64,000 nt of DNA from Shigella phage CM1, in sequence record MK962749; one strand, written 5' to 3'. Numbering within the stretch: the first letter of the stretch is position 1; each line of letters begins with the position of its first letter. Positions 1 to 9,019 of this stretch are shown in pieces. A model generated the notes under the pieces. The model did not search any database and was not told where the DNA came from. It was given only the letters and a program-made list of their open reading frames with translations. A program made the translations under genes and the position numbers.

Positions 1-23
1 CAGATATTTAAGTTTTTACTGGT

Positions 24-374
24 CTAACCAGTTGTTGACATCCGAATAACTTCTTCTGGTGGCAAAACTTTGGAAAATGTGCATCTTTTACCTCTCCCTT
101 GTGTGGATGTTTCAACCACCCCTGCACACTCTAAAGTTTTAACGCACGCTGCTGCTTTTGTTTTCTTTATCCCAACATCTGCTGCAATTTTCCTTGTGCT
201 GGGTGTGAAGCGTGAATTTCCTCCAAGCTTATACCAGTTGTGCAGGTAGCAGTATACGATCTTGTCATACAAGTCAAGAACAACAACCTCTCCAGTTGTG
301 TCATTCAAAACTTTTGACATAGACAGTATTTCAAGGGGGACTTTAAGATATAGCAGCTTATCCCCATCTTTCAT
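24..374 (-). CDS. hypothetical protein, possible HTH DNA-binding
   Basis: 116-aa ORF; segment TPSTRKIAADVGIKKTKAAACVKTL resembles a helix-turn-helix; no catalytic motif. Confidence 0.4.
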   Translation of the reverse strand: MKDGDKLLYLKVPLEILSMSKVLNDTTGEVVVLDLYDKIVYCYLHNWYKLGGNSRFTPSTRKIAADVGIKKTKAAACVKTLECAGVVETSTQGRGKRCTFSKVLPPEEVIRMSTTG

Positions 375-421
375 ATCTCCTGATTCTCCTTGTGTGGCAA
401 TTTTCTTTAAAATAGCAGGGA

Positions 422-976
422 TTACTCCCCGCTGTCAATAGCAAAACTCATTGCAATACGGTATGCCTCTTCTAATGGTAAGAGTCTCCCCCACACATCC
501 CAACCGACATCAAGCTGCCTGCCAAACAACTGTTGTGTGGTTCCGTGAGCATGACCGAACAGTTGGACTGATCCGTGAGGCTTTCTGTTCCACTTTGCAA
601 ATTGGTAATGGCTCATACAGATCAAATTCTTGTTGTGGCGAAGCTCGTAATAATCTACAACCTCATGACCGAACTCTTTCATAATTCTGACAGTCGTCCT
701 TGTGTCATGGTTGCCACGAACAAGAATAATATGTCCGTTCAACATATTTAGAATATCTGGAAGTAAGTTGTTGATATTCTTATCATTAGTGCACGCAATA
801 TCTCCCAAGTGGAACACAGTGTCTGCAGGTGACACAACAGAGTTCCACTCGGCGATGATTCCCGCATTCATACTGTCAAGATTGTGATCATACTGAGATC
901 TGTGTTTTTGACATGAATCGAACTCCATGACCCGCTGGTGGAGAAAGTGTGTGTCGCTTGTTACAAAGTATTTCAT
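422..976 (-). CDS. calcineurin-like metallophosphoesterase (putative 3' end-healing phosphatase)
   Basis: Start taken at internal MKYF (GGAGGG-like RBS upstream); motifs DxH (SDTHF), GD (HLGDIA), GNHD (RGNHD), GHxH (GHAHG). Confidence 0.75.
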   Translation of the reverse strand: MKYFVTSDTHFLHQRVMEFDSCQKHRSQYDHNLDSMNAGIIAEWNSVVSPADTVFHLGDIACTNDKNINNLLPDILNMLNGHIILVRGNHDTRTTVRIMKEFGHEVVDYYELRHNKNLICMSHYQFAKWNRKPHGSVQLFGHAHGTTQQLFGRQLDVGWDVWGRLLPLEEAYRIAMSFAIDSGE

Positions 977-983
977 ACATCCC

Positions 984-1394
984 TCATTTAAGTTTAATGC
1001 AGTTTTTAAGCTGGCGTTCCATACGATCCACAACCTTGTCTGGAACATCATGAATGCTTTTATTACCGTGGCGGTTTTCAACCACGATCACGGTATAACT
1101 ATACCCATGACTGATTGCCATGTCAACATATTCCTGCACATGTTTTTCTTTTGTAAACGTATTACTTACCACGATACGGTCGTATCCCATACGCATCGTA
1201 TCTTCTACGTTATCTTTGCACCATTTTGCTGCGAGTGTTACTTTACTTGCATCCCAGTTGTAATTGCCGTCATCGTCATACCAGAACATGTCGTTCTCAA
1301 AATGTGGATACAGACCCTCTAAAGATAGCGCATTTGCCAGTGTTGATTTGCCAGACCCTGGTAGACCACGCACGATATATAGCATTTTAGACAT
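984..1394 (-). CDS. P-loop polynucleotide kinase-like protein
   Basis: Start taken at MSKMLYIV (GGAGGG RBS); Walker A GLPGSGKST; size and layout like the T4 Pnk kinase domain. Confidence 0.6.
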   Translation of the reverse strand: MSKMLYIVRGLPGSGKSTLANALSLEGLYPHFENDMFWYDDDGNYNWDASKVTLAAKWCKDNVEDTMRMGYDRIVVSNTFTKEKHVQEYVDMAISHGYSYTVIVVENRHGNKSIHDVPDKVVDRMERQLKNCIKLK

Positions 1395-1494
1395 AGTAAC
1401 CCTCCGTTTTAATTTCGATGATAGTATACCTAACTGTTTTGTTAATTTCAAGTGTTGACACTGGGTTATTTGTGTGGCAGGATAAAGGGACAAA

Positions 1495-2430
1495 ATGACA
1501 AATGAGGAACGTATGATGAAGTATTTTAATGCAGACGACCTAGTTGACAAAGGTCTTGTAACCAGCAGATATCACCCAGACCTTGGGTTAAAGATCTATA
1601 AATATGCCAGAAAAGTATTCTACAACAACTTATGGCATTTGTCTCCTCGATTACTGGAGTGCCGAGGCATTGTTGTCGGTAATGAAGGAAATGTTGTGGC
1701 ATGGCCCTTTACAAAAGTGTTTAACTTGGGAGAAAACTCCACCAACCTGCCTGACAATAAGCTTGTGACGGCGGTAGAGAAAAAGAACGGATTCCTTGGT
1801 GTGGTGTCATCTCATAAAGGTGAACTATTGTTCTCAACAACCGGGTCTCTTGATTCTCCATATTGTAACCTTGCAAAGGAAACCATCCAGGAGCAATGTG
1901 GTAATTTAGATCTTATCAAGAAGGTTATGGGCAATGAAAATATGACATTCATGTTTGAAATTTGTCACCCCTCAGATCCGCATATTGTTCAGGAAGATCA
2001 TGGCGCATATTTGATAGGTTGCAGATATAATGATTCTGGAATAATGCTACCAGAAGCAGCTTTAGATGGGATTGCCAAATACCTTGGTGCAAAACGTCCT
2101 CACACTGTGCGTGAAATTCCGTTCAGTTATGCAAAAGAATTAGCTGCAGAAACAAGAGGTGAAGGGTATATGATTCGTAAGCCTTACTACCCTTATGATC
2201 TGCAGCTGAAGATTAAGTCTCCATACTATCTGGCACGGAAGGCCGTAATGAGGGGTAAAGCTTGGAAGATTTGGGATGATGATATCTTTAAACGTGTTGA
2301 CGAAGAGTTTTACGGCATGGTAAACTTCATTCGTAACAACTACACAGATGATGTATGGAACTGCCTCCTGGAGCAGGAACGCCGTGAGATACTCGATTAC
2401 TATTTCCACAACGAGAACTATATGCAATGA
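1495..2430 (+). CDS. RNA ligase (Rnl1-like)
   Basis: 311 aa; nucleotidyltransferase motif I KxNG (VEKKNGF) near residue 96, as in T4 Rnl1; divergent from kinase/phosphatase pair. Confidence 0.7.
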   Translation: MTNEERMMKYFNADDLVDKGLVTSRYHPDLGLKIYKYARKVFYNNLWHLSPRLLECRGIVVGNEGNVVAWPFTKVFNLGENSTNLPDNKLVTAVEKKNGFLGVVSSHKGELLFSTTGSLDSPYCNLAKETIQEQCGNLDLIKKVMGNENMTFMFEICHPSDPHIVQEDHGAYLIGCRYNDSGIMLPEAALDGIAKYLGAKRPHTVREIPFSYAKELAAETRGEGYMIRKPYYPYDLQLKIKSPYYLARKAVMRGKAWKIWDDDIFKRVDEEFYGMVNFIRNNYTDDVWNCLLEQERREILDYYFHNENYMQ

Positions 2431-2777
2431 AGAAGTTGATTGTGTGGCTAGATGACTTGAGAGATCCGTCAAATTACGGGCTCCAAGACGCTGTTTGGCT
2501 AAAGAATTCCTCCGAGTTTATAGATTTTATTAACGATAATAGAAAGCTCTACAGACGCGTTTCTGAGTGGCATATGGACAACGACCTTGGAGAGGTATTC
2601 GAAGGGTACGATTGCCTATCTATGTTGGAGGAAAAATTTGTATTTGGTAAGCCTCCTGTAGTTGCCAACGTGAAGATTTTCGTGCATACTTCTAACCCAT
2701 CAGCGGCTCGTAAATTCATGCTTGCAGCTGACTCGTTTAAAAAGTTTGGAATAGAGATTAAACAAAACATCTACTGA
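2427..2777 (+). CDS. hypothetical protein
   Basis: 116-aa ORF, start overlaps upstream stop (ATGA); no recognised motif. Confidence 0.45.
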   Translation: MKKLIVWLDDLRDPSNYGLQDAVWLKNSSEFIDFINDNRKLYRRVSEWHMDNDLGEVFEGYDCLSMLEEKFVFGKPPVVANVKIFVHTSNPSAARKFMLAADSFKKFGIEIKQNIY

Positions 2778-2785
2778 GGACACTT

Positions 2786-3547
2786 ATGCGACGACTGATT
2801 ATTATCTCCGGTGCTGGTTTGAGCGCTGAATCTGGTATTCCCACTTTCCGATCTGGTAGCACTGCAATGTGGGAGAATTTCAGCATCGATGAGGTGTGCA
2901 ACATCCACACCTTTGCCAAGAACTACTATAAGGTGCATGACTTTTACAATGCACGTCGTGTAGCTTTAGGCAGTGTTGAGCCTAACCTTGCACATCTTCG
3001 GATCGCTGAGTGGTATTCCCGCTGGTCTGGTCGTGTGATCAACCTTACCACCAATGTAGATGATTTGCTGGAGCGTGCTGGTGTAAAACATGAAGATATT
3101 TTACATGTCCACGGGTATTTGCCAGAAATAGTCTATGAGGACGATGAAGGAAGTGACGTCATTAAGGACATTGGATACTCTGAGGTAGACGCAGGAAAGT
3201 ATACCTGGGTTAAGCCTAATGTGGTGTTCTTCGGAGAAGTAGCTCCGAAGTATACAGACATGTATGACCTGTTGACTTCTTTTACGAGCAATGATATGGT
3301 TATCCTTGTAGGGTGCTCCAACACAGTTATCAATTTTAACTGGGAGCTATTCCCTGCCTGCAATAAGGGAACCAAACTACTGATCGTTAATAAATACGAC
3401 TCACAGCATCTAGAGGAGAATGGCATTTCACGTAGTGATATTTACCAGTATGAGGATCGCGGCATCCCAGTTTGGTTTAACGGTGCGGTTGATGCCTTCT
3501 CTGATAAAACATTCATTGAGACTGTAGAAAACTTTATGGAACTTTAA
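2786..3547 (+). CDS. Sir2-family NAD-dependent deacylase / ADP-ribosyltransferase, zinc-less
   Basis: GAGLSAESGIPTFRS (Rossmann GAGxS..GIPxFR), TTNVDDL, catalytic-His region HVHG, VVFFGE; no CxxC pairs between. Confidence 0.8.
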   Translation: MRRLIIISGAGLSAESGIPTFRSGSTAMWENFSIDEVCNIHTFAKNYYKVHDFYNARRVALGSVEPNLAHLRIAEWYSRWSGRVINLTTNVDDLLERAGVKHEDILHVHGYLPEIVYEDDEGSDVIKDIGYSEVDAGKYTWVKPNVVFFGEVAPKYTDMYDLLTSFTSNDMVILVGCSNTVINFNWELFPACNKGTKLLIVNKYDSQHLEENGISRSDIYQYEDRGIPVWFNGAVDAFSDKTFIETVENFMEL

Positions 3548-3560
3548 AAGGAGACCTTTA

Positions 3561-4274
3561 ATGCTGAATACTAAATTAATTGACAACCTGGAAAAACTAT
3601 CCCAACCTGAAAACTACCTTTGGTCTGCCAACTGGGTGGAAAACTGGAACCGTGTGGCAGCTAAAGTGAAAAAATCATACACACCATTCGAATTACAGCT
3701 TAGCTTCATTGAGGAAGAGTTCAATGAAGTTTTGGAAGAGCTGGAGAAAGGTGATGGTGGAGATCACCTGCTAAAGGAGGCCTGCGATCTTCACGTTGTC
3801 ACAAGTTATGCAGCTTATCTTGTTAATGACAATCACGAAAAGTGGTCAAACCTGTTTGATAATCCACAAGGTCTTAAGTTCAAGATCGGTGAGTTCTATG
3901 ACACACTGATCGCTGCGAAAAACACATCCAAGCAAAGAGCGTCAGCTTACCGTTTAGCGGAGTTGTCAACAGCTTTGCTGTTCCAGCTTCGCGGCGATGT
4001 GTGCGGGATGATGCGTAAGGTTCTCAAATCGAATGACAGCAAGTTTGCACGGGTCAACCATCTACGGTATTCACACGGTGCCAGTGCAGATATGCCTGCT
4101 GAACAACTCATAGAGTTGGAGATTAAAGATCTTGAGCGACGCTTTGATGGTCGATATGAAGGTTTTGTTGCTAAGGAAGAATTCTACAACGGTAATAAAG
4201 TTATCATATTCCTTGACAGTAAAGGTAAGATCATGAAGCCTTCGAGCTTCAAGGATGTAGCAGAGTATATTTAA
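3561..4274 (+). CDS. possible MazG-like all-alpha NTP pyrophosphohydrolase
   Basis: 237 aa; ExxE...ExxD acidic pattern (IEEEFNEVLEELEKG ... KEACDL). Confidence 0.35.
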   Translation: MLNTKLIDNLEKLSQPENYLWSANWVENWNRVAAKVKKSYTPFELQLSFIEEEFNEVLEELEKGDGGDHLLKEACDLHVVTSYAAYLVNDNHEKWSNLFDNPQGLKFKIGEFYDTLIAAKNTSKQRASAYRLAELSTALLFQLRGDVCGMMRKVLKSNDSKFARVNHLRYSHGASADMPAEQLIELEIKDLERRFDGRYEGFVAKEEFYNGNKVIIFLDSKGKIMKPSSFKDVAEYI

Positions 4275-4337
4275 CAACATGGCCGGGATTACCCGGCTTT
4301 ACTTGTTGTGGAAAGTATGCAAGTGAGGCAGATAGTT

Positions 4338-4646
4338 ATGTACAAGCACTCTAGAGATCTTGAAAACGATGCTGTGTTTGGGGATCAGATGAAAGAGTTG
4401 GTTAAACTTATAGGCAGGATAGAGGATAAGTTTGACACTAAGATCTACATCGATAGCAAGATCTTCAACCACAAAATATGGACAAATGTGTGTGTTGGGC
4501 TACATGGTGATAAAGATATTGTAAATTTGGTTGTAATAAAGTTCATAGTGTGGCAGAATAGGACTATACGTTATTCCGATCCACACTTACTTGTTTATCC
4601 TATAAAAGACCTACTACAGAAGGAGGACTGCAATGCCGTTATTTAA
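4338..4646 (+). CDS. hypothetical protein
   Basis: ORF 4308-4646; start placed at MYKHS with GAGG upstream. Confidence 0.35.
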   Translation: MYKHSRDLENDAVFGDQMKELVKLIGRIEDKFDTKIYIDSKIFNHKIWTNVCVGLHGDKDIVNLVVIKFIVWQNRTIRYSDPHLLVYPIKDLLQKEDCNAVI

Positions 4647-4902
4647 TCTTGCTAAACCTGTAGAAGCACACCAGTTTGATGGAAGCTCTTCATCAGTATC
4701 TGATCTGCAACGGTGGGTTGATACAGGTGTGTTTACATCGTCACCTGTTCGGACCAGAGATATTCGTCGCATGTGTGAGCTTGTTGAGCCGTTTGGCAAC
4801 TTGGTTTTGTACCAGGGAGATTGGTTAGTTGACTTTATGGGAGACTGGTTGGTAATGAGTAAAGAAGAGATGTTTAAAATTTTTAAGGAAGAGGCCGAGT
4901 AA
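4633..4902 (+). CDS. hypothetical protein
   Basis: 89-aa ORF, coupled to neighbours. Confidence 0.4.
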   Translation: MPLFNLAKPVEAHQFDGSSSSVSDLQRWVDTGVFTSSPVRTRDIRRMCELVEPFGNLVLYQGDWLVDFMGDWLVMSKEEMFKIFKEEAE

Positions 4903-6185
4903 TGCATCAAATCAAAACAACACTGTACGCACTGAACAAAGATGGCAGCTACCAACAGTGGAAAGTATTCACTGATGGCGAAAAGGTTATCGTAGAGTTT
5001 GGCAAGCTTGACGGTAAATTGCAGTACAAAGAGACGGTATGCACACCTAAAAACGTAGGTCGTGCCAACGAGACTACAGCTGAGCAACAGGCCGAGCTTG
5101 AGGCTATCAGCAAGTGGGAAAAACAAGTCCGTCTGGGGTATGTTGAAAACATGGAAGATTGCGAGCAGGGTGTTGATCTTTTACCTATGCTGGTGCATGA
5201 CTACCTGAAGCGTGGCAAGGCACTTAAATTACCTTGCTGGATCTTGCGTAAGTTAGATGGCCTTCGTCTGCTTGTTGTTTTCCAAAATGGTGAGCCTAAA
5301 TTTATTTCCCGTGGTAATAAGTCCTACCCTATTCAAGGAAAGCTTTTAGAGCAACTTCGTTCTTTCCATTCTACCACTGGGATTAAACAACTTGATGGGG
5401 AACTATACATTCATGGTCTTCCTTTGCAGAAAATAGTGTCTCTTGCTAAACGGTGGCGCACACAGGAAGAGATTCAGGCCGAGATCGATAAAGACTACAA
5501 GGCAGATAAAAAACGCCGTCATGCAGCAATTAAGGCAGGCTTATCAACATACAAAAACTTCAACAAGGTAGATATTCCTGTCGATGTTGAGCCTGTTCGT
5601 GATGATTTGCGTTACGGTGGATACTGTAGCTACGATCTGGAGTATCACATTTTTGATATTCCTAGCGACAAGGTGTGGTGGGATCCAGAAACAGAGTCTG
5701 GACGCTGCAAGGATCTTATGGATGCAGAGGATACCGTTACCACTCTGATGCTTGATCATATCAAGGTTGTTGACGCAGAGCTTGCGTACACAGTTGATCA
5801 TTGCGAAGAATCTGTTGGTATATTCATGTCCGAAGGATATGAAGGTACTATCATGCGTAATTTCTGCGGTAAATATGAGTATGGTCAGCGAACATCTGAA
5901 GCATTGAAATGGAAAAAGTTCAACGACGCAGAGGTGAAAGTTATTGACGTTGAGAAAGATAAGAATGATGAAGGTGTTCTTATCTGTGTTGACAAGGAAG
6001 GTGTTGTTGTTAAAATGAAGATGAAAGGCACGCACGAGGAGCGTAGCTATGACAGGATGCAGGAAATGATCGGCAAGTTTGTCACCTTCAAATATCAAGC
6101 AAGGACAGAAGACAACAACTACCAATTCCCTGTCGGTATCTGCGTCCGAAATGTTAACCCAGATACTTGGGAGGTTCTGGAATGA
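4902..6185 (+). CDS. ATP-dependent ligase (probable DNA ligase)
   Basis: 427 aa; motif I KLDGLR, motif IV-like EGTIMR, motif V-like LKWKKF. Confidence 0.65.
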   Translation: MHQIKTTLYALNKDGSYQQWKVFTDGEKVIVEFGKLDGKLQYKETVCTPKNVGRANETTAEQQAELEAISKWEKQVRLGYVENMEDCEQGVDLLPMLVHDYLKRGKALKLPCWILRKLDGLRLLVVFQNGEPKFISRGNKSYPIQGKLLEQLRSFHSTTGIKQLDGELYIHGLPLQKIVSLAKRWRTQEEIQAEIDKDYKADKKRRHAAIKAGLSTYKNFNKVDIPVDVEPVRDDLRYGGYCSYDLEYHIFDIPSDKVWWDPETESGRCKDLMDAEDTVTTLMLDHIKVVDAELAYTVDHCEESVGIFMSEGYEGTIMRNFCGKYEYGQRTSEALKWKKFNDAEVKVIDVEKDKNDEGVLICVDKEGVVVKMKMKGTHEERSYDRMQEMIGKFVTFKYQARTEDNNYQFPVGICVRNVNPDTWEVLE

Positions 6186-6309
6186 TGTAGGATGGTTTAG
6201 TAGGTAACGGTAGCCAATTGAATGATGGTTTTTCAATTGGCACCTACATAACCACACTATGCAGTGTTGTTGATCGGGTTAGTTATGAGCAAACTGGAGA
6301 GTATGAAAA

Positions 6310-6807
6310 ATGAAACTTGATAAAAATGTTCAACGAAAAGCTTTCTTGGATCTTATTGGCTGGGCAGAGGGAACAACAACCCACCCTGCCACTAAATGTG
6401 GAGGATACGATGTTGTAGCATACGGGATGGACGGAAAACCTGAAATCTTTACAGATTTTTCTACGCACCCTTTTGCAAACGGTCGCCCTGGTAAAGTGTT
6501 TAACTCAAAAGGGCAAAGAACTACAGCCTGCGGTAAATATCAATTTCTTGTCAAATACTGGGAACACTACAAAAAACAGCTTAAGTTGCCGGATTTTGGA
6601 CCAGATAGCCAGGATAAGTGGGCAATCCAGTTGATCAGGGAACGTAAAGCACTTGAAGACATAGATAACGGTCATATTAAATCTGCTATACGTAAGACCT
6701 CAAATATTTGGGCTTCGTTCCCATACAACCAGTACGACCAAAATCCAAAAACCATTGACAAGTTGCTTAAGAAATTTGTAGAGTTTGGAGGTGTTGTTCT
6801 GGATTAA
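6310..6807 (+). CDS. endolysin, lambda R-like lytic transglycosylase
   Basis: 165 aa; colinear with remembered lambda R (QRKAFLD, WAEGT, GYDV, SNIWASFP). Confidence 0.85.
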   Translation: MKLDKNVQRKAFLDLIGWAEGTTTHPATKCGGYDVVAYGMDGKPEIFTDFSTHPFANGRPGKVFNSKGQRTTACGKYQFLVKYWEHYKKQLKLPDFGPDSQDKWAIQLIRERKALEDIDNGHIKSAIRKTSNIWASFPYNQYDQNPKTIDKLLKKFVEFGGVVLD

Positions 6808-6861
6808 TGATCAAAAGGTAGGCCACTCGCCTACCTTTCTACACCAGAGGTGTGTTGAGAT

Positions 6862-7623
6862 ATGACGATACATTTCTTTTTTAATGATCACTATCCTTAT
6901 TGGTACAAGGATGGCGATCTAATCTTTTGGAAACCTGGCTACAGTAGGAATGGAAATAGGGCTGGACACTACAACAAAAAGACTGGATATTTCCAAGTGT
7001 ACAATAAGCTGACAAATGTTAAACGTGGCAGACATAGGGAAATTTTTGACATGTTTTATGGATGTGTCACAGATACTTGGCATATCGATCATATCGTCTC
7101 TAAGAAAAATTCTACTAACGGAGTGCCTGTAGACAAGATAGAAAACCTTCAAATGTTGAAGCCATGGGATAACTACTGTAAGAGAGCCTTGGAAAATGTA
7201 CAAAGCAATAATACCTCTACAGTGACTGGTGTGGTATGGCTGAAAAGAGAGGGTAAGTGGAGGGCAAGTAGAAGGATAAATAGGGTAAATGTTAGGTTGG
7301 GAGATTTTGACACTTTCGAAGAGGCTAAATCTAGGATTGAATGGTCGATAGCTAACCCGGAAGAGGCTTTAAAGATAGTTCCAAACCCGCACAAGAATAA
7401 TATCCTGCCCGGTATTGATTGGTCTAAGAAAGATACCTGTTGGAGGGCACGAGATAACAAAGGAAGAAACTTAAGGTGCTTCAACGACAGGAAGTGGCTA
7501 AATCCGTGGTGGGAGGCAGTTTGTGCAAGAAAGTCTTGGGAAGTAAACTGTCTCTACGGAGAGATGTCACTAACTGAGTGGAAGTTATCCAGAGGCTATC
7601 CAAGACCTTGTGTTGAGGATTAA
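6862..7623 (+). CDS. HNH homing endonuclease with AP2 domain
   Basis: HNH core HIDHIV...N...ENLQ; AP2-like TGVVWLKREGKWRASRRINRVNVRLGDFDTFEEAKSR. Confidence 0.75.
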   Translation: MTIHFFFNDHYPYWYKDGDLIFWKPGYSRNGNRAGHYNKKTGYFQVYNKLTNVKRGRHREIFDMFYGCVTDTWHIDHIVSKKNSTNGVPVDKIENLQMLKPWDNYCKRALENVQSNNTSTVTGVVWLKREGKWRASRRINRVNVRLGDFDTFEEAKSRIEWSIANPEEALKIVPNPHKNNILPGIDWSKKDTCWRARDNKGRNLRCFNDRKWLNPWWEAVCARKSWEVNCLYGEMSLTEWKLSRGYPRPCVED

Positions 7624-7686
7624 TCATTGACATAACCACACGGACGTGGTATTGTCACCTCATAAAATGTTTGAGAGGGTTTAACC

Positions 7687-7893
7687 ATGAAAGATTTTCT
7701 GTTGGCAATTTTGTTCATGGTAGCATGTCTGTCCTGTGGTGTCGTGTTTGCAGGTGAAACAGCGTATCTTGTCGATGTATATCGGGACAATGGTAAACGT
7801 ATTTGCCTTTATGAGACAAGTCAAGGTGAGCTCTACGAGCTTGTGAAACAAGGTGAGGCAGGTTCCTGCCCTCGCACCCATTTCTTTGAATGA
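7687..7893 (+). CDS. small secreted or lipoprotein-like protein
   Basis: 68 aa; N-terminal signal peptide MKDFLLAILFMVACLSCGVVFAG. Confidence 0.45.
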   Translation: MKDFLLAILFMVACLSCGVVFAGETAYLVDVYRDNGKRICLYETSQGELYELVKQGEAGSCPRTHFFE

Positions 7894-7921
7894 GGGAGAA
7901 CACGTGGAAGACGGACGTTTA

Positions 7922-8368
7922 ATGAAGTCTGAACGCAGGCTTATTGTGCAACTGATCCCAGAAACAGCTTGGTATAATAACCTCCGAAACGCTGTGAAGA
8001 AGAGTGAGTGGGATAAGATACGTAAGAAGTGCTATAGAGAAGCCAACTACACTTGTGAGGTGTGCGGCGGTAAAGGCAGCAAACACCCAGTGGAGTGTCA
8101 TGAACTTTACACTTTCGAAGAGGGAGTGATCCGGCTTGTCGGACTGATAGCACTGTGCCCGGATTGTCACACATCGGTGCATCCTGGGTTAGCAAATATC
8201 CGTGGAAAGTATGCTCAGGCAGTTAATCAGTTGGCTAAGGTGAATAAGATCACCAAGAGTATGGCAGAGGCGTATTACCGAGACTGCTTTGCAGAGTGGC
8301 GTGAGCTTAGTAAAGTTCCAGAATGGAAGACTGACTTTTCGTGGATAGAGGGTTACCTTGATGGCTAA
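7922..8368 (+). CDS. HNH-type zinc-finger nuclease-like protein
   Basis: Start at MKSERR; CEVCG...HPVECHE...CPDCHTSVH fits a CxxC/His-Me finger. Confidence 0.45.
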   Translation: MKSERRLIVQLIPETAWYNNLRNAVKKSEWDKIRKKCYREANYTCEVCGGKGSKHPVECHELYTFEEGVIRLVGLIALCPDCHTSVHPGLANIRGKYAQAVNQLAKVNKITKSMAEAYYRDCFAEWRELSKVPEWKTDFSWIEGYLDG

Positions 8369-8651
8369 GAGACCTGTAAAAGAGAAATTCGATAAGACAG
8401 CTTTTGTATTCGATACACCTCTGGACGACATCATTAGAGGTATGCAATCATTGTATCGGAAGGCTGAATCTGAGCAGCTGTCGGAATCAGAACTTTACTG
8501 GCTCGGTTGGTGGGAGTTAAACCTGCCTAAAGCTGAAAGTTCTTCTCTGAGAACTGTTAAAACGTGCGCCCAAGAAAACGCTGCACTTGGAATCTACCAC
8601 AAAAGGAAAAGATCAACAAAAAGCTCTCCAAGAAAGACTAAAAAGTCTTGA
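8358..8651 (+). CDS. hypothetical protein (basic C-terminus)
   Basis: 97-aa ORF. Confidence 0.4.
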   Translation: MMAKRPVKEKFDKTAFVFDTPLDDIIRGMQSLYRKAESEQLSESELYWLGWWELNLPKAESSSLRTVKTCAQENAALGIYHKRKRSTKSSPRKTKKS

Positions 8652-8678
8652 CAAAAGTGTTATTAATCTGATATTATC
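8648..8678 (+). promoter_or_regulatory. sigma70-like promoter
   Basis: TTGACA, about 18 bp, TATTAT, then GGAGAA RBS and ATG at 8711; approximate. Confidence 0.5.
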
Positions 8679-8710
8679 GGTCAGATATCTATAAACTAGG
8701 AGAACTAGAT

Positions 8711-9019
8711 ATGCTTAAAATTTTTATTGTTGAAGATAAAGATATTGTCCAGTTGTATGCAAACGAGAATCATAAAGGTATGATCCTGAAGAAGGCAAGC
8801 AACCTTCATGAAAACACAATTCAACCTGGCGATGTAGTTAAGATCTGTGGTTATATGATACCAGACTCCTTGATGAAAATAACCCACCACTGGGGGTCTA
8901 ATCCGTTCCTTTTTGAAAAGTATTGGGATGTTGAGTCACTTATTGCAGAGAGTGATGATGCATTCCATTACAGCATCCAACCATCTTGCAGAATAACTAA
9001 CAGGAGGGTCTTTGAGTAG
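8711..9019 (+). CDS. hypothetical protein
   Basis: 102-aa ORF downstream of promoter and RBS. Confidence 0.45.
   Translation: MLKIFIVEDKDIVQLYANENHKGMILKKASNLHENTIQPGDVVKICGYMIPDSLMKITHHWGSNPFLFEKYWDVESLIAESDDAFHYSIQPSCRITNRRVFE

Noticed and set aside
5544-6257. 237-aa minus-strand ORF antisense to the ligase gene
   Set aside because: Fully overlaps a motif-supported plus-strand gene; the translation is low-complexity and hydrophobic. Same reasoning for other antisense track ORFs (e.g. 2140-2472, 3133-3426, 18528-19142, 27496-27786, 30107-30523).
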